Shown piece after piece: positions 53,741-64,000 of a DNA stretch of 64,000 bases. Below the pieces are notes generated by a model that made no database searches, was not told the DNA's origin, and saw nothing but the letters and a program-made list of their open reading frames with translations. The first letter of the stretch is position 1. Every line of letters begins with the position of its first letter. This DNA comes from Octopus sinensis (Eukaryota): NCBI RefSeq assembly GCF_006345805.1, contig NC_043002.1, positions 105,586,001 through 105,650,000 of the forward strand. Direction: 5' to 3'. A program made the translations under genes and the position numbers.

Positions 53741-54344
53741 GACACTTTGGCTATTCCAGATAATCCAGCCCGAGATACCACCAAAACAAGTGGAGATGTT
53801 CCAGGATGGATTGATTCATTGGGAATGATCTGGAGCTAAGTTGTAATAAAATAAAGAAGACATTATATTACTTGGGAATCCGTATATAGTCGTGGTCAGT
53901 CGACTAGCGAGAAACATCAACTGGATTTATCATCCCTTACAGCCCTTAAGAAGGAGATAATGGATAACGGAAACAGATTGAAAAATAAATAACAGGGTGG
54001 TCATTTGCTGGGATACCATTGATAATAAGCCTGCTGGACCGGAATTGACCTGCGGTCAAACAGCAAACGCATCAGAGGAGATCGCTTTACTGGGTCAAGA
54101 CTTGGAGTCTAGACTCAGTAAAGCGGTCTCCTTTGTAGTGAAGGAGTGAGGGAGTTAATCTGAAACAAGAAGAGTTAAAATGTCTTGTCTAATGACGAAA
54201 CGATCCCAATGCAAACATCTTGATATGCGTGTCGGTTAATTAACTGAAATACTTCGGTTTATTACTTAAATACATTTAATCCGATTTTAGTTTGAAGTAT
54301 TATCATTAAGATTGATTCAACCGAAGAAAATGAATGACAGTGAT

Positions 54345-54356
54345 GATGATGATCAC

Positions 54357-54408
<52 letters not shown>

Positions 54409-54630
54409 ATGATAATGATGAATGATGAATGGGTGATGATGATGGTTGGTGGGATGGGTGGTCGTTGAAGAAGAAGAGAAGAAGAAGAGAAGAAGAAGAA
54501 GAACGAGAAGAATGAAGAAGAAGAAGAAAGAAGAAGAACGAAAGAAGAAGAAGAAGAAGAAGAAGAAGAACGAGAAGAAGAAGAAGAAGAAGAAGAAGAA
54601 GAAGAAGAAGAAGAAGAAGAAGAAGAAGAA
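54345..54630. repeat. (GAT)n then (GAA)n
   Basis: Direct reading. Confidence 0.95.
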
Positions 54631-55844
54631 TCCAATATTCAACAAGATGAAAAGATCAACATGAAAGTGATGTTTGTAAAGTGTTGAGTGTGAAAGAACG
54701 TGTGGCGACTGGTTGGACGTTGTTCAGAGTCAGTTGATGCGTTCGACGTGTATTTGGATAACAGCAGACATGGAAACCTGTTTTCATAAGTCTCGTGTAT
54801 CTCGATAGCAGGTGTACACTGTCATTAGAGGACCCTGCGATCACTGAGTGTGCATTTGCTGAAATAAAATCCAATGACACCCCTATAATGAGCAGCTCGC
54901 TATCACTGAGTGGTCCTTTATAAGGTTTTTTTTTTTAATTATCATTTTTTGTACATGTCAGTCATGTCCGTTCCCGTTTTTAGTCGAGGTAAAACAGCAA
55001 ATGGCAGCTGACGGTGCAAGTATTTTTCAAGATAACATAGCAGCGAGTGTTGTTGTTACTACGGTTTAAACCTAGGATAATCCTGATCGAACAAACGTGT
55101 GGTCACAGGAATTGTAGCTCGGATCCTCGCATGCTTTAGTGGTCCAACCACGAAGGACTAAATTATCCAAAGACTCTTTCATTTTTCCAAGACGATAAAG
55201 TGGCAGTTATTGCTAGCAACTCCATTGACCACGTAGTACCTGTCTCGTTGTTTCATGTCAGTTTTGCCCTATGGTCAAACTTGGTCGATCAGACATATTT
55301 ATCAAAATCCTTTCAAGCGTAACTATCCAGCCAGTCAAATGGATTTTTCATTATCTAATGCAGTTTTTTGTTTTAAAATCATTATAATGTGATTTGAATA
55401 AGATTTAGCTTCTAGTTTTAGCGAATCGATCTGTTGATTGGTTCCAGTTTTAACATAGCAGCTTGCTTATTGATTCCAGTTTGGGAAACTTAATATGTAA
55501 ATGACTAGTGTGATATCCAGTGGAAATTTTGCCTCTCAAGTATTTGTGAGATCAGCTGCATGATTCCAAGTTAAATAATGCTATAAATAAGATTCTGAAT
55601 AATTTAAAGGGTAGGATGTTGAGCTAATAGACATCAGGTTTAAGAGATCTAAGAGTTATTCTAAGATACGAATAATTTAATGAACTGCTATGGCTTTTAA
55701 TACGGTGATTAAAAGGGTTTTAATTGATAAAAGTTTTTTTTTTTAATAATGATTTAATCATCATTTTGATAAATGTTTATCTAAAATGATAGACGCAATT
55801 CTGACAAATTATTTCTTATCCACGCTTCTGTATGCGAGCGCGGT

Positions 55845-55893
<49 letters not shown>

Positions 55894-55950
55894 TGTTACT
55901 GTAGGAAGATTCAAATGAAGCCCTTCCTTGACTACAAATTATTTTATCGA

Positions 55951-56103
55951 GAAGAAGAAGAAGAAGAAGAAGAAGAAGAAGAAGAAGAAGAAGAAGAAGA
56001 AGAAGAAGAAGAAGAAGAAGAAGAAGAAGAAGAAGAAGAAGAAGAAGAAGAAGAAGAAGAAGAAGAAGAAGAAGAAGAAGAAGAAGAAGAAGAAGAAGAA
56101 GAA
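55951..56103. repeat. Perfect (GAA)51
   Basis: 153 uninterrupted bp. Confidence 0.97.
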
Positions 56104-56749
56104 CTGTAATAATTCTTTCTGAGGGGAAGTCGACCCCAGTGATCAATAGATACTTCATTTTATTGACTCCGAATAATTGACTACCTTTGAATAATTACCG
56201 CAAGGCATTTATTCTGACGCTCTAATGAATCTGCTCTCTCGCCACAATAATAATAATACCTTTTGGCCACCAGAGACATTTCATATACACAACCTATAAG
56301 TAAACGGTGTTACTCAAACTTGATTAAATAAAATGTGCATTTGGGTAATATGGATAACGCAATTTTTTTGTTGTTATTTTTGGGGTTTTTTTCGTCAGAT
56401 AAGTAAATAAGTATACAATGCATAGATATAAACCAATAAAGCACCTGACAAATAAGGGCCACCCATCGAGATACGAATGAGTGGCCACAGCCTTTGCTTC
56501 CAAGTACTTTGTATCTATATATATTTACAATGTTCGGCCTGAAAGTGCCTGTGAAGAATTTAATTGTCGGTGCGAGACGAAAAGAATCTTATGTCTTCCT
56601 TCAAAGGTATAACTGTTCACAGAATCTTAAATCAGTGCTTCGCAGTCATTCACTTACGTTTTTCAAATAGTTGAAGGCTACCTCCTGCATTTTATCTTCA
56701 CCTTCTTTTTCCTATTCTTCATTAACTACTTTACTATAAACTTGATGCA

Positions 56750-57120
56750 GTTTCAGAGAAGGGAGGCTCCTCTTTGCATGCCTCAATAGCTTTCTTCGAT
56801 ATTTCTCTGTTCTGGTGGAGGGGGTATCTTTTCTTTTTTTCCATGGTCTCCTCCAACTTGCCAGCCTGTCGATTCTCCATCCTCTACTGGTGTAGCAAGA
56901 GGAGAGATCTTCTATTGTCTTTTCTACTCTTCTTATACCTTTCAATTCCCCTGCCTAAAGGCTCTCGGCTGAATCTTTCTTCCACGTGTGCAATAGTTGG
57001 TCTATCTGTCCAGTACCACCAGTCTTACTGGATTTCTTGCCAAGATAGCTTTGGTTTTGACAGTCAGCAGGACATCAATACGTCACTAGATTACGTCCGA
57101 CCACTTGTCATTTGGTTATC
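56750..57120 (-). mobile_element. Possible degraded PLE GIY-YIG remnant
   Basis: NLVTY*CPADCQNQSYLG and VVLDR*TNYCTRG resemble GIY-YIG motifs; weak. Confidence 0.3.
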
Positions 57121-57644
57121 ACTGATAACGATAAGCTAAGATCCAATGTCACCATTACTGTTCCTTGTGGATCTCGTGCCATATTAACCCATAAATTGTG
57201 ACACCAGCCTGTTAACAGAGCACCTTTTTCACCCGTTGTCATGTCTCGTCCTTAAGTTTCACGTTTTTTTTAGGCGGGGGGGGGAATCATATGGAATGAA
57301 ACTTGCTCCGGCTATGATGAAACTGATGTATGCCATATTTCTCTATGACCGTTCCTCAATAACAAATTATTCAGCTAAAGAAGCACTCTCATTTTGGGGA
57401 TGCATTCGCTATGCACCTTTCTTTCAGTAAATTCAACCGGCTTCATAGCTTCTGTTTTGTCTATATTTTTTTATTCAGTTATTTTTTTTTTATCTAAATT
57501 CTTTCGTAGACTGAAAAAGTATTTGTTTGAAAAATATAGAAAACAAAAGACAAAAATGAAAACTTTTCATCCAGTAATAATACTTGACAATAAACTAATT
57601 TTCTCGAAGCAGTGTAAAACGCGTCTCTTCACTCAGAAACATAG

Positions 57645-57742
<98 letters not shown>

Positions 57743-58473
57743 TAATAATAATAATAATAATGAGCTACTTTACACCTTTTCTAAAGTGGACAAAGGTAGA
57801 GATACTGGAATTAGATATGTTACCTAGGAAGCTGCTCACAATGCACAATGTGCATCACCCTAAAAGTAATATCGACAAGCTCTTATTACCAACAAAAGAA
57901 GCATGCAGAGGTTTGTTACATGCAGAAGATGCCATTAATACCGCAGTATTGGGTTTGAGAAAGAAAACAGAAGAAAAGAAACGCTGTGCATAATTATGAA
58001 AGAATATTGTTAGCAAGCAGAAATATCCAAAATGCTACTGAATCAGTAGACGAATTCAAGAACGGAAGGAAGGGCAGCAAGACAAAAAAATTGGGTAAGA
58101 GAAGGAATTATATAGCCTGTATATTATGCAACAAATCGAGGATGTCGGAAGTGGAGAAAGCTGGTTGTGACTGAAAGATGGAAAGCTGAAAAGACAAAGT
58201 GAATCACTAATTATAGCCATTAGAATAAACTTGGTAAAGACAAAGACTGATAAAACTCTGACAGTAAGTGAAGAACCTGTGGAATAAGAGACGAAAGTAT
58301 TAAGCATCTAAGTCAGCGTTTCTCGACCGGGGTTTCCCCGGAAGCCCAGAGTTCCGCAAAAGGTTCCTAGCGGTTCTGAGAGAAAGAGTGAGATAAGCCA
58401 ACGTTAATTTCATGATTGTAATATCACTATACATGCACAACATATTATTGGTTATTGTAATATTGTAATATAG

Positions 58474-58865
58474 GTGGAGGCGCAATGGCCCAGTGGTTAG
58501 GGCAGCGGACTCGCGGTCGTAGGATCGCCGTTTCGATTCCCAGACCGGGCGTTGTGAGTGTTTATTGAGCGAAAACACCTAAAAGCTCCACGAGGCACCG
58601 GCAGGGGATGGTGGTGATCCCTGCTGTACTCTTTCACCACAACTTTCTCTCACTCTTTCTTCCTGTTTCTGTTGTACCTGTATTTCAAAGGGCCGGCCTT
58701 GTCACTCTATGTGTCACGCTGAATATTCCCGAGAACTATGTTAAGGGTACACGTGTCTGTGGAGTGCTCAGCCACTTGCACGTTAATTTCACGAGCAGGC
58801 TGTTCCGTTGGTCGGATCAACCGGAACCCTCATCGTCGTAACCGACGGAGTGCTTCCATTCCATC
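58474..58865 (+). mobile_element. Full-length tRNA-derived SINE with 9-bp TSD
   Basis: A and B boxes, a short CCATT-type tail, and GTAATATAG at 58465-58473 and 58866-58874. Confidence 0.92.
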
Positions 58866-58957
58866 GTAATATAGACATCATCCTATCTAACCTATTATGT
58901 TATCAAAAAAATATAACAACCATATATATATATATATATATATATATAGATATATAT

Positions 58958-59160
58958 CGCGTGTGTACCGTTGGCGATTTTTTTTCCTCTGTCTTCCCTT
59001 CTCTGGATCTTTCTTTTTCCTATGTTTCTGATGAAGAGCTCCGCTCGAAACGTAAAACCCTCCTTCTTCCCTTCCTTCCTGAGCGTCCAATAATACTATA
59101 TTTGTTCCACGTCCTCGCGTTGTTGTGTTTTCTCTTGGTGCTTTCATGTTTGGATTAACT
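58958..59160 (+). mobile_element. PLE terminal fragment in (AT)n, same family as 4775-4962
   Basis: Nearly identical to the 3' end of the GIY-YIG element, with the same ggattaact terminus. Confidence 0.85.
59024..59058 (+). ncRNA. Minimal type I hammerhead motif with intact core and loopless stem III
   Basis: GTTT-CTGATGA-a-GAGC-tcc-GCTC-GAAACGTA-AAAC; self-complementary ACGT stem III, GUA triplet. Confidence 0.78.
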
Positions 59161-59927
59161 TTATATATATATATACATATATATGATATTTACTATGTGA
59201 TCTACGATGAATAAATATGGGAAAGATATGGTATATAATCTTTTTTGTGCAGGTGTTCCTTGAGACATGTAATTTACGTTAATGGTTACGCAAGGGTAGA
59301 AAAGGTTAAGAAACACTGATCTAAGTGAATACAGTAAGGTAGCAGAAAAAGGGTATAAGCGCAGACACGACTGTATCGATGAAAGAAGGCACATGTTAGC
59401 TGTTTTTGTGAATTCGTAGTTACAGGAAAGTGGTAAGAACAAGTGCCAAAGGTTGTGACTGTGAATGATGGATACAAGATTTTATGAGATTTCTCATAAA
59501 AACTAGCCATTCAACTGAAGAAAGGAGATTACACATTATCGTAGAAATAGGAAAACAATCAAACTGTAAAATCATAGACTTTGCTATATCATGTCTTAAT
59601 AGAGCGGATATCAGAGAAATCGAGAAATTTGAGAAAAATCAAGAACTGGCAAAAAAGAGGAAGTGTTTGTGGAAGATAAAGTTGACAATTATTCCTGTGG
59701 TAACTGGTGCCCCTGGTAAAATACCCAATCTACTATTTAAGAGGTTGAAGGCTATTGGACTCGAAATACCCATTGTCGACTAGCAGAAAAGTGTTATCCT
59801 ATGTTCTGTAAGAAACCTAAGAGAGGTTCTTGAAATTTGAGGAGACTTTTCACCAAACCTCAAGATAACTTCCCTGCTAATTAAATAAGTATGTAATAGC
59901 CTTTAAATGATGATGATGATGATGATG

Positions 59928-59987
<60 letters not shown>

Positions 59988-62656
59988 GTGAAAGGAAACG
60001 GGTGGAGCCTCCTCCTCATGGGCTAATTAACGACACATCTAGTGATGGTGTCACAATAAAAACACTGGTAATTGCGCAACCTGATAATCGCTACCTCATA
60101 TGAGTGACAATGAAAAAACAAAATATTGTGAATAACGGTGGTAATGAAAGTGAAGCCAATGATGGTGACAGTGTTACATCCGGTAGGCTCAGAGATTCTG
60201 GGCCGACTCCAGACTGTCGATATCCAGAAAAGGACCAGCACACACAGCGTACATGGAGCAAGCAAATTAATGCTGTGGTCATTACTACCTGAGCAGCCTG
60301 GTAGATTAAAATGATGCTCCAGTTAGAGGTTACCGACAACGTATGTATGGTCATTGGAGAGGAAAGAGATTGTTTCAACTCACGGAACAGAGACTACGTG
60401 ATCAAGCTAGAGCAATAAGAAAAAAATGCTGGTTCACAGAAGTAGAGCTGGAAGCTATCAAAAGACGGGTCATGGAAAATAGCAGCATATATAAGAATGA
60501 AAATACAGTTCTTCCTAATAAGAGTAATCTCATAGCACAGGAAAGGAGCAGTGGTAGTTTACTTAATGAGAGACATACAGATGATCTAAAAGAAGACAAT
60601 AAAAATACGAGTGACATGACAGATGAACAAAAGGCAATCTACGACAAGATAAAGGTAAGACGACAGGAGAATGATAGCGACATTATTTGCAACCTTTAAA
60701 AGGTTGATCGATAGAAATTGAACCAAGAAACGAAAAATGTCAATGAAATTCTGAAATACATCAGAACAAACAACTTCACAGAAACAAATAATTTGATCAA
60801 GACAGCAAATATTGTTGTAGCAGAAAATGTGGATGTTGATGTCATGAAAAAGAAACATAATGGGAGTGACATAAGAAATTATCCGTGGTGAAAAAGAAGA
60901 ATCCAGGCAGGGTTAGAGATGCTCTCGAAAGAAATCTCTGTGTTAGACCGAAAAGAGAAAGGGGAGCTTAAAAGCGAACAACAATACAGGGCGCTGAAAA
61001 GGAAGTACAATATTGAAAGAAAGGGCCTGAAAGCAGTAATGGAGGAACTGAAACAGCACCTCGTTGCAAAGAAAGCAAAGATGGTAAGATACGACCAAAG
61101 AATGAAGGGATTCCACTAGAATAGATTATTCAGAGTAGATCAGAAGAGATTCTATAAAGAAATAAATGGTGAGTGTAAAGACGAAAAGTTGAAACCAGAT
61201 AACATTGAAAGTCAAAGGTTTTGGAGTGACATCTGGAGCAAAGACAAGCAGCACAAAAAGAATGCTGAATGGTTGCAAGAACTGAAACAAATAGCAGTCT
61301 GTCCAAAACAGGCAGAACTAGTCATTTTAGTTAAGGAAGCGAAGGAAATCAGCAAAAAACTGAGCAACTGGAAGGCCCTGGAACCAGATGGAGTTCAAGG
61401 TTACTGGATCAAAATATTTAGTGAATGCCATGCACGAATAGCTGCACAACTCAACACCTTGTTAAATGCCGACCAAGTAACGCCAGAAGGGTTGACATTG
61501 GGTAGGACAGTGCTGTGCCTGAAAAACATCGAAAAAGGCAAAATCATTTGTATGGACGGGCTAACGATACCGTCGGGAGAGATTATGAAACAGATAGAAG
61601 AGACGGGCGATAAGCATTTGGGGATTTTGGAAATTGATACATTGATGGAGAAAGAAATGACAGAAAAGTTTAAGGTGGAGTAGTTGCGCAGACTGAGACC
61701 GATCCTTAAGTCGAAATTAAGCGAACGGAATAAGATCGAAGCTATCAACACCTGGGCGGTTTATCTCCTTAGATATGGAGCAGGGGTAATCGCATGGACA
61801 GTAGACGAACTAAACAGCTTAGACAGAAAGACAAGGAAGTTGCTAACTAGATATGAGACACTCCACCCAAAAAGTGACGCAGGCAGACTGTATGTACCAA
61901 GATGCGAACAGAGCATTAGAGCAGAAGAAAACAACATAGCATGGTAAGTAAAAACTGCCACAGAACTGCTATTATTAGAAGTCAGAAGGTCAGGCTTGTG
62001 TAGGATGACAGATTACAAAGATAAAGCACTATACAAGAAAGTGAAAACGAATGAAACTGAAAATAGGTGGGTAAAGAAAAGAATGCATGGTCAATTTCAT
62101 AGGGATGTTGAAGATAAGACAGACAGAGACAAAAAGATGGCTATAGATGACTAAAAGTGATTTAAGACCGGAAACGGAGGCTCTAATCTGTGTTGCCCAA
62201 GAGCAAGCACTAAGAACAAACTAGATAAAATATAGAATAAACACAGTAGAAAGTGATAAGTGCAGAATCTGTGGACAAAACGGTGAAATCGTAGGGCATA
62301 TTACCAGCCAATGTACGCCACTAGCCCAGAAGGAATATAAGAGACGTCACGACAATATAGCCAGGCTTGTCCATTGGACACTTTGCAATAAGTATGGACT
62401 TGACAGAACAATAAATTGGTACGACCACAAACCTGAAGGCATCGTCGAAAATAGAAATGCAAAGATCCTATGGGATTCTATAATTCAGTGCGACCATGAG
62501 ATTGAGAATAGGAAAGCGGACATAGTCCTAATTGAGAAAGAAAACAAACTATGCTGGATCATAGATATAGCATGCCCACTTGACAACAAGGTATGTGATA
62601 TGGAAGAAAGAACAGTCGAGAGATATGACTGGTTAGCTTGGGAAGTTAAGCAGCTG
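59988..62656 (+). mobile_element. R4/Dong-like LINE with 5' region retained, RT core deleted and 3' end truncated
   Basis: N-terminal RMYGHW...TEQRLRDQARAIRK, FWSDIWS, then GRTVLCLKNIEKG joined directly to IICMDGLTIPSGE; later CRICG, HITSQC, RRHD and DIVLIEKE...IIDIACP; starts right after (TAA)n. Confidence 0.9.
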
Positions 62657-63320
62657 CCCTTTCATAGAACTGGAAAACCAATAGTTCCTTACCCGAAACA
62701 GACCAGCCAGTTCAAACCTGTCTTGTCGATACCCAGAGTTTCCCGAAGAACGTAATCTTCTCTTACTTACAACTAGGGCTCTATATATTGCAAAAGTGGA
62801 ACTTCCACCGACTGCATCACCCAGACAGTAGATGAGCACCTGACGATATTTCACACGCCAGGACTTCAACTAGGGCAATCCTAGCACGTGTCTAACATCA
62901 GCAACCATAGTATGGTGAGCACGCCTTCCAGAGGACGAAAGCAACAGATTCGACTACCTGACTTATGATACGCGACCTTCCATAGGAAGCGGAAGAGGAG
63001 ACACAATCATCAGGTCTGGTCAGAAATGGACTGTTATAGGCAAGATGGTCAGGTGGAAAATTATGACGTAAGCAATGTAGGCATTCAGCTCCTGGGGTGG
63101 ATTTTTCATGATAGCTTCCTCTAAAACTATTTCTGGGTGAGGATGGCCACTGTTCGAAACTTAATTCCAGTTCAAACAGAATGACCTTCAAGAATTCTAG
63201 CTTCTGCAGCAATGGTACAACAATCAGCACATATTGAAGAGACGAGAGAAAAGATACACGATGGATCGATCCCGTGATAGACAATACTTCCAAGAAGTGG
63301 CCCGTTAACTCTGACCATTA
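62657..63320 (-). mobile_element. Second L1/Tx1-like fragment, homologous to 23030-24693
   Basis: Shares agaccagccagtt, gtggaactt(t/c)cacc and agcttctgcag(t/c)aatgg; translation YVLIVVPLLQKLEFL matches the end of the SPLLY segment. Confidence 0.75.
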
Positions 63321-63619
63321 CTAAGTGCGTTGTTATGATTCAACCTCGGAACACAAACACTGAGACTTTCCGGAAGAATGTCAGCTTTTTGAATTAAGCG
63401 AGAGCTTGGTTGACACTCGTTTTATCGATTCCGGAGGAGTAAAAGGTGATCTTCACCGTCGAGACTTGGACTCAGGATAGGGAGCAGATACCGAAATGGA
63501 GGCACATGTGGGGCTACAAACTATTAATTGTAGATTGTTCAGTTAGAAAACAAAGTATTCAGTAAATAACGTATTTGTACTTACTGCTACTTATAACTTT
63601 AATTGCAGTCAATATAACT

Positions 63620-63632
63620 GAGTAGTAGAAGT

Positions 63633-63665
<33 letters not shown>

Positions 63666-63682
63666 GGTAGTAGTAGAAGAAG

Positions 63683-63742
<60 letters not shown>

Positions 63743-63911
63743 GATGAGGAGGAGGAGAGATTACCAGTATTTCAAAAAGTAACAATTTACATATATATGC
63801 ATATATATGTAAATGTATGTGTGCGCACGAGTAATCAAGTATGCTTGTATGTATGCATGTATGTATGTGCATATATATATGTATATATATATGTGTATGT
63901 ATGTATGTATG

Positions 63912-63963
<52 letters not shown>

Positions 63964-64000
63964 TTTGTATGCATGGATGTGAGCATGTGCATGTATGTTG
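63620..64000. repeat. Compound (AGT)(AGC)(GAA)(GGA) triplets, then AT/GT repeats
   Basis: Direct reading. Confidence 0.95.

Larger units (their letters stand above)
58314..59318. mobile_element. hAT (Charlie-like) MITE carrying nested insertions
   Basis: TIRs CAGCGTTTCTCGACC and GGTTAAGAAACACTG; exact 8-bp TSD ATCTAAGT at 58306-58313 and 59319-59326. Confidence 0.92.
57760..59907 (+). mobile_element. R4/Dong-like LINE, 5'-truncated, split by the hAT MITE
   Basis: KWTKVEILELDMLPRKLLTMHNVHHPKSNIDKL before the insertion; YKRRHD, CKIIDFAI and IIPVVTGAPG after it; (TAA)n at both ends. Confidence 0.85.

Noticed and set aside
59988-60060. Possible HDV-like ribozyme at the 5' end of the Dong-like element (TCC-TCCTCAT-GGG as P3/L3, hairpin 60032-60052 as P4)
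   Set aside because: R2/R4-type elements often carry one, but I could not assign P1, P1.1 or P2. A search with HDV-like models on the family consensus would settle it.

Overview
Eukaryotic, AT-rich, repeat-saturated DNA. From memory the SINE heads and tails look like octopus (cephalopod) repeats; this was not checked against a database. I can support no host protein-coding exon, tRNA or rRNA gene. Most ORFs in the six-frame track are translated microsatellites and the rest are transposon fragments. Recognisable content: about eight R4/Dong-clade LINE copies or fragments (RT plus restriction-like endonuclease), mostly beside (TAA)n tracts; two L1/Tx1-like fragments; RTE and CR1/L2 fragments; a Penelope-like element (PLE) with a GIY-YIG ORF; a Tc1/mariner remnant; a hAT MITE with an exact 8-bp TSD and nested insertions; a non-autonomous Helitron; many tRNA-derived SINEs; and a 100-N gap. 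The most interesting signal is a set of hammerhead ribozyme (HHR) motifs. Three diverged non-coding elements of about 400-520 bp (11.2-11.7 kb, 30.0-30.5 kb, 37.0-37.4 kb) share a terminal-repeat motif and an inner hairpin enclosing a minus-strand type I hammerhead with compensatory base changes, so they look like a retrozyme-like or PLE-dependent family. A second set of minimal, probably dimer-acting HHRs sits in PLE terminal fragments.
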